Shown piece after piece: positions 1 through 12,389 of a DNA stretch of 64,000 bases. The notes under the pieces were generated by a model that saw only the letters and a program-made list of their open reading frames with translations, was not told where the DNA came from and ran no database searches. Location: assembly GCA_038496445.1 (NCBI GenBank), contig JALMLS010000075.1:124001-188000 (forward strand). Reading direction: 5' to 3'. The stretch is from Trichosphaerium sp. ATCC 40318 (Eukaryota; Protista; Tubulinea). How positions within the stretch are numbered: position 1 is the stretch's first letter; every line of letters starts with the position of its first letter. Position numbers and translations under genes: made by a program.

Positions 1-796
1 TACCTTGTTGCTGTATTAGAGTAGATAGACGTTCAGTAGAAGGAGTACCTTTCAAGTATACGAAAAGCACCAAGCTGTCTTATGTCGTCAAGTGTCACTG
101 AATACCAAGCTTCAAAACCGTTTAGATTTAACCTCCTTGCCAGTTCATCATATTTATTTCTTTGGTGACCTATACAGCTCCAGTAATTACTCGGACTATG
201 TCTAAAGAAATCAGTTAACTCAAATACCTTTTTTCAGAAAAGAAGTATGAAAAAAGGCGATTTCTGACAGACAGGCCACTGGGAATCCCTCAAAGAAGTG
301 GGGCGTGGCACTGCTTGTAGTCATTGCATGCGTGTAAAATACTTTGATGTTCAACCAGAATGTGGTAACAAAGAAACAGTTAAAAAACCGAAATGTCAGT
401 TTTGTCGTACAGGAAATTCCACTCAACCCACTTGTCATAGGGATATAATGTCTTTAGAGTTGTACAAACAGAATCTCCATGCCTTAGTAAGTACGTCAGA
501 GGCCGTTAGCGTTATAATAGAAGCTGTACCGTGCTATAATTCCTCTACCACCGTTTTCAACGACGTCGTCTCCTGAAACGTCGTACCAATCGTCTTTTGT
601 AAAGACTCGAAGCTTTCTTGCCAATACAATACTGAAGAATGTAGCTTGTGACTCTATTAGATTCCAAGTCCCTGGTTTATTGCGTCGTTGGCCTGCAGGA
701 TGTTTTTTAGTCCTCGTTACTGGTTTAAACTTAGGCGTCAGTATTTTCATCACCCATTGTCTACCACGCGTAAGAGAGATGGTATTGGTGTAGCTG
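1..796 (-). CDS. Uncharacterised protist repeat protein (W..QR..D.LA..L...DWY.V...D...GG..I..RY repeats); spliced, runs off the window
   Basis: Minus-strand exons give 'LARKLRVFTKDDWYDVSGDDVVENGGRGIIARY' and 'YWSCIGHQRNKYDELARRLNLNGFEAWYSVTLDDIRQLGAFRILERY', two copies of one repeat. The start is uncertain. Confidence 0.6.
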
Positions 797-1168
797 AAAG
801 CCCAATAACAGATTCAGAGTACAAACAAACCAAACAGATTTATACAACTCGCCAGAGATAGCAAAGCATTCCTCCATGCGTACCGTACGGAAAGGAGGCA
901 GATAGAATAATACCGTTTCTATTCGACACTAATTTGGTGCTAAAACGAAGGAAACAAGATCAACAATATCCAAGACAACCCGTTGTAATGCGTTTGTACA
1001 AAAATTTGCTACTGTGACTTATGTAAACTGTCTCTCACAGTTGTGCACGTGACTGTCTTTTTATCACCTTCACATTGCAAACAGCAAGCGTTAGAAAGGT
1101 TTTGCTTGCAAGTGTCACATTTTTTGGGTTCGAATGGTGCCTTAACATTGACAAGAAAATAAACTAGG

Positions 1169-3784
1169 ATGACCTCCTTTCTATTGGCATTTGCTGCCAT
1201 TATATTTGTTGTTAGTGCGTCTGGAACTACAGATGGGTACAAAGGAATAAAAACACCAACAGGTAACCAAGAAGAGTCTAACTTTACGCTGTAATGTTGT
1301 AAAGGGTACACGTCAATACTGAAGCATGGTAATAGCTCTGTTTGGACAGTGGATGCTGGTACACTTATTTAATTTGTAATTGCACATTTACACCTTGTTT
1401 TCGCCAAAGAACCAAGCTGGTTATTAAAAAATCGTACACTAGCCTGTTTTGAGGCATTTACGGTCTTTTTTGGCTCTTACTAATTCAGTGCTTGCTAATA
1501 CACTCTTAGAAGGAGCGTATGTACATCCAATATACATTGTTAACCTGTATGGTGATCATTATACAATGGGTTATGATTACGGATACATGTTGGCAGGTAA
1601 CGTCCATAAACGTGATAAATCAACAGTTATTCAACGTCTCAAACAAATGACACGCGTTGTCATAAATGACACGCGCTGTTGAGCTACGAAACGGTTTTTT
1701 TTTTGCACTCACAATCTTTTTTTTTCCTTTTTTTCTGTTTTTAACCTATTGATTAGATAAGATTCAGGAAATGTTTCCAAGCTTCATAAAGCACTTTTTG
1801 CCTTACTCTTGGGAGCAATTTGTACTTGAGGAGTTTCTTGACTGGCAGTGGGATTCTTATTTATCCAAACAAGTACCTAAAGAGTATTTTGAAGAGCTCA
1901 AGTACGTAATAGTTTTTTTTTGACATTAAACTTTTCCTCAAAACAAGAAATGTTTGTCATTTGATGTCTGGGTTAAAAATAAACAAATGATAGTATTAAT
2001 ACATTAATATTAGGGGTGTAAAGGATGGTGCAGAAGCAAGAGGATTTTACAATATTGAAAAGTATATCCAACGCATCTATGTCATTTCTAACTTCCCTGT
2101 AAGTACTTTTTCCGACTTTTTTTTTAAATTTCCGTTTCACTCATTCCCGCTCCACGTGTTCTCTCGCGCTTCATATGATGACAACTGCTTTATCTTTTTC
2201 TAATAATATTAGGGTGATATTGAATCAAACATTGAATGGCTTCTCTTCCATGAGGGCGTTGACGCGTTTCCTTTTAGTCTTCAAGAACATCTTCGTAAAA
2301 GAAATGTTGGAGATTCTTCAATCTTTGGTGGTCTTCCATCAATGAGTTGTTCCCATTTTGCTGTCTGGGGATCGCGCACAAAGGATAGAAAGTTATATTC
2401 CATGCGTAACCTCGATTGGGCACCAGATACAGGTATTGAGCCTTTTCTTAAGAAATTCTTTTCTAACTTCATTATTCAGGTGCTAACAAATACAAGTCTG
2501 TCACCGTCTTTCACCCAACCGATGGTATCCCACACGCGGCCATAGGATTCTTCGGAATGCTAGGAGCACTCACAGGTACGATTTGTAGGCTGGTAGACTA
2601 GAGAGCCCTTTTAAAAGCTATAATCACTACAAAAACCCATCGCATCATGAACTGCAGCCTTTTGCTTGCAAAACTTATCTGATTATTATAGGAATGAGCG
2701 CACAGGGTATAACAGTTGCCGAATCTGGTAACGATGTACGTCAAGAGACTTTTGAAGGCTTCCCTTGGGTACTAAGACTCAGGTATGTCACGTGTTTTTT
2801 TTTACTATTGCTTGTTCATACTTTTTTAATAGATACATCATGGAGAATGCCAATACACTGGATAAAGCTGTCGGTCTTTGGTCTGCAACAAACAATACAT
2901 TGGGCATGAACCACATGATTGCAAGCTCAAACGACGCAAAGTAAGATTCATTCTGTGTTAAATTTTTTTTGCGTTCTTGAAAACAGCTAACATCTCATTG
3001 AGGCCAAACGGTAAGCCAGCCGTTGCTCTAGAAACTATGGCAAGATACAGCGCACTTTTCTACGAGAACGATCCTAGAGAAGCAAATTACATGTACACAA
3101 ACAAAGATGGTACAGTTTTGACAATGCATTTTTCAGGATTCTTGTTTGTCAATGATCTAACTTACTTGTGTCTAGGAACTAAAGTCCATCTTGGTAATCC
3201 ATTACCTGAAGCTGTATGGAGAACTAACCACGGTTATGATCCTACAATTGTAGCAGCGGAGATTGCACCTACTGCTCCAGGTCATGATTCAGAAGTCAGG
3301 TGCGTTTTGTATTCAGCTTTTTTTTTTTTTGCCGTATTCCAACGAAGTTTGTATTGCCGTTGAGAATGAGTTAACGCTTTGATAGATACAACATTGCTCA
3401 TAACTCATTTGCTTACTACGAATCTGCTGGTATTGAGATGACTCATTTGGAGGCCATTAACGTAACTTCTATCATGGCTGATAAAGGTATCATTTATTTC
3501 CATTTTAGATTGTTGAAGTATGTACTCAATGCTTTTGTTGTTAGGTGGTATGCACTTTTATAAATGTGAAGATAAAGCAGAAGGTATCAATATAATCAGT
3601 GTTACATTTGCACCAGAAGCAAATGCTGGTACAATGTATCTCGCTTATGAGTCCGGCAGTGGTACGTACTCAGTCTTCATAGCGCTTACAGGTTTTTGTT
3701 AAACAAATTGTCCGTCTAGGATCCACATGGCGTCCTGGATGTTGTGGATGGTACATCGCATTGGATATGTCAAGGTGGTGGTAA
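1169..3784 (+). CDS. Secreted Ntn-hydrolase, peptidase C45 / acid-ceramidase-like (Dictyostelium dcd1-like); multi-exon
   Basis: Signal peptide MTSFLLAFAAIIFVVSA; nucleophile motif 'MSCSHFAVWGSRTKDRKLYSMRNLDW'; 'WRTNHGYDP'; ends LDMSRWW-TAA; GT-AG introns keep the frame. Confidence 0.8.
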
Positions 3785-4020
3785 ACTTGAAATAAAACAG
3801 TGACCATAGTGAAACCTTTAACTGAGTTTTTTCCTTGCTACCTTTTTATTGTTTCAATACAAGCTTTACAATAAGATGTATCGGTAACCGAACAATCGTT
3901 CGTGATGGCGTTCCGTACGCTTGGGACTGTTTGCCATTGAGGCCATTTCTTTTCAAAAAACAGCGTGAAAAGGCCTTTTTTGACTTAGTTGAAACTTGTT
4001 GAAAGGAGAGTCAACCGTTT

Positions 4021-4036
4021 TTTATCACGTGATAAA
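4021..4036. promoter_or_regulatory. Perfect 16-bp palindrome containing an E-box (TCACGTGA), 13 nt upstream of an ATG
   Basis: tttatcacgtgataaa is its own reverse complement; function is inferred only. Confidence 0.4.
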
Positions 4037-4049
4037 GCACTAAACTAAA

Positions 4050-5541
4050 ATGCGAATAGAGGTGTTGTTACTCGCGTTACTGATAGTCGGTTAGACATAA
4101 TTTAAAGAAAAACATAACATAACCTCCTTTGTAGTCTATGGATGCCTCACTGCAAAGGACTGTTCTTTAAACGGAGAATGTATATCTTCCAAGTGTGTTT
4201 GTGATCCTGGATGGTCTTCAGATGCGTGTACGCCGCTACAATAAGCAACTGAAAAGTTGTCGTAATGTTCTATAAAAATAGGCAACGTTTTGGCCTTTGA
4301 GGATGCTTCAACAGATACTGGGTACCACAACAAGACTTTTGCTTCGTGGGGAGGCCTTCCAATAAAAGGAGACGATGGGATGTACCATTTATTTGCTGCA
4401 GGTATCACGTTTTTTTAAGCTGTTATACTTTTGGTGGTTTGTACAAACGACTTTTTCTTCTAGAAATGGTGAACGGGTGCCTGCTTAACTCATGGACGTT
4501 AAACTCGCAAATAATACATGCTGTATCCAAAAGCATAGAAGGACCATACGAGAAAATACAGATCGTACTTACACCGTTTGCTCACAACCCAACAATTACA
4601 AGAGCTCCAGATGGCACCTACTTATTGTATTTTATCGGATCATGGCCAACTGTTCCACAAAAATGTAACAATAAATCTCAAGGTGTACCACGTGCGACAG
4701 TGAAGTACTCTATGGTATCTAAATGGGAGAATACTTCAGATGGATGTGGACCAGCACCAATGAACAACGGGTTATAAAGTACTGAATGCAAGCTATCATC
4801 TAAAATATCTATTTAGGTGTGGCATCCACCTCGCGACCTCTAAATCTTTAAATGGTCCATGGGATGTTCGAGCAGTAGTAATAGAATCTCCTATACCTAA
4901 GGAAGAACGTTGGGATTGCGCTCATACTAACCCAACTGTGATAGTCGCACAGTACTGTTTCTTTTTGTTGTAAGATTGTTTTTTCTTATTACGAGCAACT
5001 AGGAACGGGTCTCTGTTGCTTGCTTTTAATGCTGGATACTGTCGTAACCACTTAGAAACTATAGGAATCGCCAGAGCGGCCCATTGGTCTGTAAGTATGC
5101 ATAGTGAATCTCGTATTATTAACATTTTTTCAATAGGGGCCTTACTCTTTGTGGAATCCAAAGCCTATTTTCCAAGCAAATGGAGTAGAAGTTGAACACA
5201 TCGAAGATCCTCATATGTGGAAGGATAACCGTGGATATCATATGCTTGTACACGCTGAGCGCAATGCTCCATACGTAGGAGGGTAAGCTACTTGATCCCA
5301 TATTAGTACAACAGTAATGTTATCAAGGTATGGCTATTCTGAAGATGGTTATAATTGGGTATACTCTCCAGCAGCGTACTCGCTAGAAGTCACGTTTGAA
5401 GGAGGCCAATTGAAGAAATATAAAAGACGTGAGCGACCACAAATATATGTCGAACAAGGGAAACCACCTTACCTTTTTAATGGTGTGGAATTACCTGATG
5501 CTGGTCCTGCATCTTATACTGCTGTACAGCAATTCAAATAA
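4050..5541 (+). CDS. Secreted EGF-like + five-bladed beta-propeller glycoside hydrolase (GH43/clan F-like); multi-exon
   Basis: Signal peptide MRIEVLLLALLIV; CSLNGEC...CVCDPGW EGF-like module; SWGG, 'FAHNPTITRAPDGTYLLY', 'EDPHMWKDNRGYHML', 'RRERPQI' motifs. Confidence 0.75.
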
Positions 5542-6020
5542 ACTCGTTCTCATGCTACATCTACAATAGACTGCATCATTTACCGGCGGCATAGTAGGAA
5601 AGCTAACTGCTGGGTGTTACTTTCTGTTTGTTTGAATTGAACTAGCATATTGCTTGCTTACACCGTTCAATGTTAATTAATATACTTGCACGTGCTTTTG
5701 AAAAATGTCCGTTTTGTATTTCAAGTGTTTAATTTATCGTTTGAAATCGCATATCTTAAGGATGACGGTTTCAATCATATTCAAATGTTTATTGTTCGAT
5801 CCAAAGTCGTTTAATTGAAGAAATTTAACGGCGCTTTTAAACAGTCAAATAAAGTGATAATTATCACGTGGACTTCACAACTCGGTTATCTTTATCAGTT
5901 GCGAGCACCTAACAGAAACTTACCGCGAAGTACGTAATATATGAGGAACGTTAATAGACTGATATTAAGGTATAATCTAGAAGAGGTTGTACGTTACGTT
6001 TTGGACCATTTGACAACAAA

Positions 6021-7169
6021 ATGGAGGGAAAATACACAAACAATGCTAATCCGAGCATATTTGACCTTGTTGCGCTTCCAAATGAACTAATAGTTCATAT
6101 TCTCAAACAAGGGATTTATACACTTCATTCTGCCCAAACATGTCACTATTTGCGAGATATTGTCCACAACCACGTTGGATATAATGCTATCAGTATTCGC
6201 TGTGTAAGTCAAGTGAACATTCTTTCTGGCAGCCCGTTACTCCTGAATACACCTATTCACGTGCTCTGTCATTCAATACTTGATAAGCACATCAAGATGT
6301 TAGCAGGTGTACATACTATCAACTTAAACACGTGTGAATTGATAACAGATGAGGGTATAAAGGCTTTGGCAGGTGTGCATACAATTGATTTATATGGCAC
6401 AAATGTAACAGATGAAGGTTTGAAGGCGTTGGCAGGAGTACATACAATTGGGTTGTGTCGGTGTGCAGTAACAGATGAAGGCATAAAGGCTTTGGCAGGT
6501 GTACATGAGATTGATGTGTCATGTACAAATGTAACAGATGAAGGTTTGAAGGCGTTGGCTGGCGTACATACTATCAGCATAAACATGTGCGAATTGATAA
6601 CAGATGAAGGTTTAAAGGCTTTGGCAGGTGCGCATACTATAAACTTACATGAGTGTGAGTCAATAACAGATGAGGGCATAAAGGCGTTGGCAGGAGTACA
6701 TACAATTGAATTATCATATACAGATGTAACAGATGAAGGGTTGAAGGCCTTGGCAGGAGTACATACTATAGAACTTGAAGTTTGTGAATTGATAACAGAT
6801 GAAGGCATAAAGGCATTGGCGGGTGTACATACAATTGATTTAGAAAGTACAAACGTAACAGATGAAGGTTTGAAGGCGTTGGCTGGTGTACATACTATTG
6901 ATTTAGAAAGTGAATTGATAACAGATGAAGGTTTAAAGGCATTGGCGGGTGTACATACAATTGATTTAGAAAGTACAAACATAACAGATGAAGGTGTAAA
7001 GGCATTGGCAGGTGTACATGAAATCAATTTATCATACACAAATATAACAGATGAGGGTTTGAAGGCACTGGAGGGTGTTTCTAGAATAATATTGCTTGGT
7101 TGTAATTCAATAACACTTGATTGTATTGCTGCATTGAGAGAGAAAGGATGCACTGTCAAATACCAATAA
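6021..7169 (+). CDS. Intronless F-box-like + leucine-rich-repeat protein (382 aa)
   Basis: N-terminal 'LVALPNELIVHIL' F-box-like motif, then about 11 repeats of GVHTIDLxx(x)xxTDEGLKALA; single uninterrupted ORF. Confidence 0.9.
   Translation: MEGKYTNNANPSIFDLVALPNELIVHILKQGIYTLHSAQTCHYLRDIVHNHVGYNAISIRCVSQVNILSGSPLLLNTPIHVLCHSILDKHIKMLAGVHTINLNTCELITDEGIKALAGVHTIDLYGTNVTDEGLKALAGVHTIGLCRCAVTDEGIKALAGVHEIDVSCTNVTDEGLKALAGVHTISINMCELITDEGLKALAGAHTINLHECESITDEGIKALAGVHTIELSYTDVTDEGLKALAGVHTIELEVCELITDEGIKALAGVHTIDLESTNVTDEGLKALAGVHTIDLESELITDEGLKALAGVHTIDLESTNITDEGVKALAGVHEINLSYTNITDEGLKALEGVSRIILLGCNSITLDCIAALREKGCTVKYQ
6300..7080 (+). repeat. Coding tandem repeat (72/75-nt LRR units)
   Basis: Recurrent 'aacagatgaaggtttgaaggcgttggc(a/t)gg(t/a)gtacatac' with high nucleotide identity between units. 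Confidence 0.95.
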
Positions 7170-7716
7170 CAGAGTCAAATGAATAAGATTGATTGATTCA
7201 AAAACTTTGACATGCTCTGAAGAAACAAGTGTCAGCAGCTATACTAGAAAAAGACGTTACACCTTTATCATTTTTTAAATATCAATTTGGAAAAATAAAC
7301 GTTCTGAAGACCAGTGTGCGTTCCGGAAAAAAAAAACTTCAAAAAAAAAAAAGTACTTTGAGTTACTAAATAGCATTAGCCAGAAAAACAAAGAATAACA
7401 GCCCCAAATGCCTAATCTAAAAGCAAACTATCCACCCAATATGGTGCTATTTCACACTACCGATGTGGGTCAAGGAACATGTACAAACTGCTCTCTAAAA
7501 AAGAAGAATGTCAAAAAAATAGCAAGATTCATGGAAATTCGTGAAAATCGACATTGCAGCACTAGGCAGTTTTATCCAACAAGCAATGCTATGTATTTGC
7601 AAATTGTAGAGCAGGTGTATTGTCGTGCCTTGTTCTCTTTAGCTATGCGAGTGCCTATTAAGTTGTAAAGCACGTGTTAAGTTCAGAGTATCGAAACGTC
7701 AGACACCAAGAGATAC

Positions 7717-8591
7717 ATGACAAGCGCTTTGAAATCAAATTGTTGCCGCCTGTTAGACCTTCCACTTGAGCTACAGCTTGATATAATAGATTTAGACTTT
7801 GAAGCTTATTTACGATGGCCTCTTCTATCAAAACACGCAGCAACAACCACAAGGTTTGACGATGAACTAAAAAAACAAGGAAAGTGGATAAAAAGCAATA
7901 AAAAGTACTATTACGACTTTAGACGAAATAAAAGCTGTACGTACTATCAACACAAGGTAAAAGAATCAAAAAAACCCGTTCCTGTTTCCCGTTATTGATG
8001 TCAAATTACTTGTAGGTCGAGAGTACTTTCAGGCATGATTTATATCATGGAGAGTACAAAGAGTGGGATAAATATAACCGACTAAGAAAGCAATGCTCCT
8101 ATATAGATGGTTCTCTTGAAGGTGAGTACAAGACATTTCATGCCAATGGCAAAATGATGGATCGTGGCTATTATGTCAAAGGTAAACAAGAAGGAGACTT
8201 CAAGGCATGGCATGATAATTGGCAACTGCACAGAGAATATCATTGTGTTAACGGGTTGAAGGAAGGAGTGTGTAAGGTTTGGTACAGAAATGGTCAACTA
8301 GAAATGAAGTGTAGTTATCTTAAAGGCAACCAACACGGTGAGTGCAAAAAGTGGCATTATAATGGTCAACTTAGTAGTAAGGCTATGATGAACCATGGCA
8401 CATACGGACTGACCCAAGTATGGGACATGAATGGTCATTTACTTGAGGAAGAAGACTACCACAAAAAATTTCGTACTTGGACATATTGCTTAAGTTGTAT
8501 GCTCATTTGTTTACTACTAGCATTTATGTTGGTTTTGTACGTGATTTTCTCAATCTTAAGCTTTATATGGGGCTATGTCAAACCTTACTGA
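7717..8591 (+). CDS. F-box-like + MORN-variant (MORN_2/YwqK-like) repeat protein with C-terminal TM anchor; 2 exons
   Basis: 'CRLLDLPLELQLDIIDLD..WPLLSK'; intron ~7957-8015; repeats G(E/D)(Y/F)KxWHxNGQL; hydrophobic C-terminal segment CLLLAFMLVLYVIFSILSFIW. Confidence 0.8.
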
Positions 8592-9078
8592 CTGGTAATG
8601 ACACCAAGTTTTAAATAAAAAAGCGAACAGAGGAGTCTCTACATTGTAGGTAATTTTTGTGTGTTCGACACATTCACTTTCATTTGCGCTATTTAGATCG
8701 TTTATATCATTTATGGCCTTGGTATTTTTGCCATCTCTGGATGAGATGCAAATTCTTACTTTCGTGAGGAACTACCACTTGTGAAATAGCGCTCAAACCA
8801 CGCACTTGGACCTCTTTACAAGGGTAGCTCCATTTGCGTCAGAGCTTTTACCATTATTGTAGATAAAAACTGAAACACATTGGGCGACTCATTTTTAGGG
8901 GCATCACCACGTGCGCGTTGAGGGCGGAAGTTGTCCAAATTCTTGACTGGCCCGGGCTTGAATCGTAAGTTTTTTTTTTTGCACCTCTAATTCTTGAGAT
9001 TGTGTACCGACAAAAGAATCTCAATTGGTGGCAGCTTCTCCGCACTTGTTTTATATTAAACAATACCAACAATACGAC

Positions 9079-11798
9079 ATGATACGTATAGTATTAGTCG
9101 CGTTATCTTTGTTAGCATTAGCCTCAGCTCAATCCCTTGTGCAGTGTAATACAACAACAGTACGTTAACATACTATCATTATTGCGTTATCGCTACAAAC
9201 CGTTGTTATTGAATAACAATGAATACTTTGGCTTTTAATGACTATGAACGTATATTTAAGATATATGGGATGCGTCTAGTATAAATTATCTCGTTGTTCT
9301 TCGCTTCCGGAGGATTTTTATTAACAATTTATTTTTTTGTTATTAGATTGTGACTACTGCTGTGCCAGATGAGTTCTGTACATTCACATGTGAAGTAGCA
9401 CATGCCTTTTGGTTCGAATCATGGCAGACACTCAATGTAGCGGGTACGTCATATCGACGGTTTTTAGACCCAAAGTTGCTGTCGTTTATATTTGTGACGT
9501 TTGAATCGCGTTTTTTTGTTCACGTGTTCATTTTTATTTTGTTTTTTTTGTATTTCAGCGTCTTACTTCGTTCAGGTGCTATGAATATCGATAGACGCTT
9601 TTGGGAGTTTGTCAATGACTTCACTGACGATAATACGCTCACACTTGAGTGTCTTGACAACGGCATTGGTAAGAAAAAAAAAAAAGATACAGAGCCTTTT
9701 CTCGGAGTCTTTTCCTTAAATCTCAATCACATGGATTGCACATAAAATACACACTCGAACTCTGAGTGATGACAGCAACACTGCCACACTAGGAGTATAT
9801 CGAAGAGTCGACTTGTGGTTTTTTTTGGTTTCTTTTAGTTAAGGCACTAAAACTTTTTATCCCTTAAGGCACGCTCAGAGGGAGAATAAAGCCTGTTAAT
9901 GATAATTCTAATAATCCATGGGTATTTGATGTTGTATTCACATTTGCTTTCCTGACTGATTCGGGTTCTCCAGTGCTGTGCGTAAAAACAAGAAATTCTC
10001 GACAATTTTATCTTACCCTTCCCTAGAGAGCTTAGATCCGATGCTTACGTTGGTAATGGTGGATTCGTAGATCCTGCCACATGGAATTTCTTTGTGGCGC
10101 CGACAGGCATTGCTGTAGTGGATGGTAATAGCAAAACGAAAAGCAAGCAAAGGGTTTTGTACTTATTTTACTTTTAGGTGTCGCTATCGCACCACCGGGC
10201 ACTCCATTAGCTGTATGTAGAAAGAAATGTTATACAATTTATTTATATTATTGTAGGGTGCGCGTGTCGTATTCCGTGCTCAAGGTAATGGTCAACCTAT
10301 ACATGACGTACAATTTGGAGTAGGCGGTACGTTCTGGTAGCTAACACAAAAGCACGTGGATGTCACGTGATTTCTGACTTTTTACAGCGAATAACAAGAA
10401 TACTCGTGATGGTCTATCTACATGGCTAAGGCACGTGATTTATTCAGCCATAGAAAAGCTCATTTGAGTGTTTGGTTCAATTATGTGGGGTAAATTTGGT
10501 TTTATTAACACTACTTTAGCTGGATTGTAACGAGTCAACCAACATTGTTTCCAGTCAGCTTACCAAATTCAAACAGTAAATACGATTAAAACAGTCATAA
10601 AACTTATGCTTTGTTTAGGTCAAAGAGGAGATATCAACGTCAATTTTCTACCACTAAGTAATGATACCTCACCAACAATGGTGCCAACCCAAGCCCCTCC
10701 TACAGATGCTCCTACAGATGCTCCAGTAGCGCCTCCAACAGCTCCACCACCTACAGATGCTCCAACAGCCCCTCCACCTACAGATGCTCCAACAGATGCT
10801 CCAGTAGCGCCTCCAACAGCCCCACCTCCCACAGATGCTCCAACAGCGCCACCGCCTACAGATGCTCCAACAGCCCCGCCACCTACAGATGCTCCTACAG
10901 ATGCTCCAGTAGCTCCTCCAACAGCTCCACCTACAGTTCCACCTACAATGACTCCGCCTCCTACAGCTCCACCTACAGCTCCTCCAACGGCTCCTCCTAC
11001 AGCTCCACCTACAGCTCCTCCTACAGCTCCTCCAACTGCTCCTCCAACTGCTCCTCCAACTGCTCCTCCAACTGCTCCTCCAACTGCTCCACCTACTGCT
11101 CCGCCAACTGACGCAGCAACGGAGATGCCAACTGCTCCGCCAACTACAATGGCACCAGTAGCACCTACAACTAGACCACCTGGTAGAGTTCCTTCGTCAA
11201 CATTTCCTCCATTAATGACACGCGCACCTCGTCCACCTCCACCAAAGGAATGGAAAAAACGTGGTATTGAACATACTGTTAAAGCACCTGAGAACGGCAT
11301 AATAATGCTCGCGAAAGCGTAAGCTACACAACTTTTTTGTTTCTTAACCCAATTTCGACTTTCTTCCATTTTATTTCCATTTTGTAGAGATTAATCAATA
11401 TCCGCTGATACAATTATTTTTAGGGATATCACCTCTTGTTCTCCAGAGGTAGCATCAAAAGATGCACTTGATTTAATCTCAGAAAAATGCAACAGGTAAG
11501 TGTTGATTTTCTATCTTTTTTCTTGTGTTAACCTTTGGTGTCAAGCTTATGTCAAGCACAATTGTATTGCTTACACGAATACCCTTCTAAAGAATCCATG
11601 CTTGAAGATTGTTCTGAATTCACATCTACAGCCTCAGATTTTAACTGTGCGTATTTGGGTTTTCTTCTTTTTTCCCTTTTTTTTGCGTTAAACAACCCTT
11701 CATGCTTACGATTCACTAGGTGGTCCTGCCCGTTCATACAAAGAAACTACAGTATCACTATCTTGCGCTTGTAAATGCAGGCACGTTTGGAGGACATA
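9079..11798 (+). CDS. Secreted protein: uncharacterised N-terminal beta-rich domain + Pro/Thr/Ala mucin-like stalk + Cys-rich C-terminus; multi-exon
   Basis: Signal peptide MIRIVLVALSLLALASA; exons join in frame through to the PPTDAPT repeats. The 3' end is ambiguous because a possible GC donor at 11781 would move the stop to about 11909. Confidence 0.7.
10690..11150 (+). repeat. Coding low-complexity repeat (PPTDAPT / TAPP)
   Basis: Runs of cctacagatgctcca and ccaactgctcct; translates as a mucin-like stalk. Confidence 0.95.
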
Positions 11799-12389
11799 AT
11801 AAGTCCTAAATGGCGAAAACTAACTTTTGCACTTGCATCATTTTCTTTTTTTTTCTATTTCTTTTATGACTGTTGTCTAATGATACTATTTAGACAATGT
11901 TCATTGTAATAATGTGCCTCAACTCAATATTTCTATTAATAATAACATATGTTTACTGAAAACAGACTTGAAAGAGGTTCATTAAAAAATAACTTAGAAA
12001 TTCGCCTTAACCATAAATGAATATGTTAACATTAAGAAACCCTTCATAGATAGCAAAGCTGATATTATTCCCAACATCTTGTAACAGTTATGGTTAAGTA
12101 CAGTGTGAGGAAAGGGCGAACTATAAACAGCCTCTACTCAAACACGTGTCGTGTTTGGCTTATGATTTTAACGAAATTTCAATCACGTGAGTGTTTTTTA
12201 CTAATCACATTCGTACAAATCTGCTAAGTAATACGTTAAAATGACCGAACTCCGACTGTAACACGAGTGGTATCTTTATTTTACTGCAATGCAAAAACCA
12301 GCTAGTTGTTAAGGTACAATTGTTTGAGTTAAGTACTGCAACAACGAAAGTTGTACACAGATTACGTCTTCGGAGCTATTTTAGTCATA

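Noticed and set aside
1646-1676. Intronic direct repeat aaatgacacgcg x2 with a small hairpin (introner or TE footprint?)
   Set aside because: No second copy in other introns of the window; most likely a local duplication.
6300-7080. Regular repeats with variable inserts resembling a CRISPR array
   Set aside because: Units are in-frame codon multiples inside an ORF, the variable parts are homologous to each other, no cas genes are present and the context is eukaryotic.
6269-7159. 296-aa minus-strand ORF
   Set aside because: Antisense shadow of the LRR repeat gene; it stays open because of the repeat's codon pattern.
10620-11369. 249-aa Gly/Ala/Val ORF on the minus strand (and 51620-52120 on the plus strand)
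   Set aside because: Antisense of Pro/Thr mucin repeats, which cannot generate stop codons in that frame.
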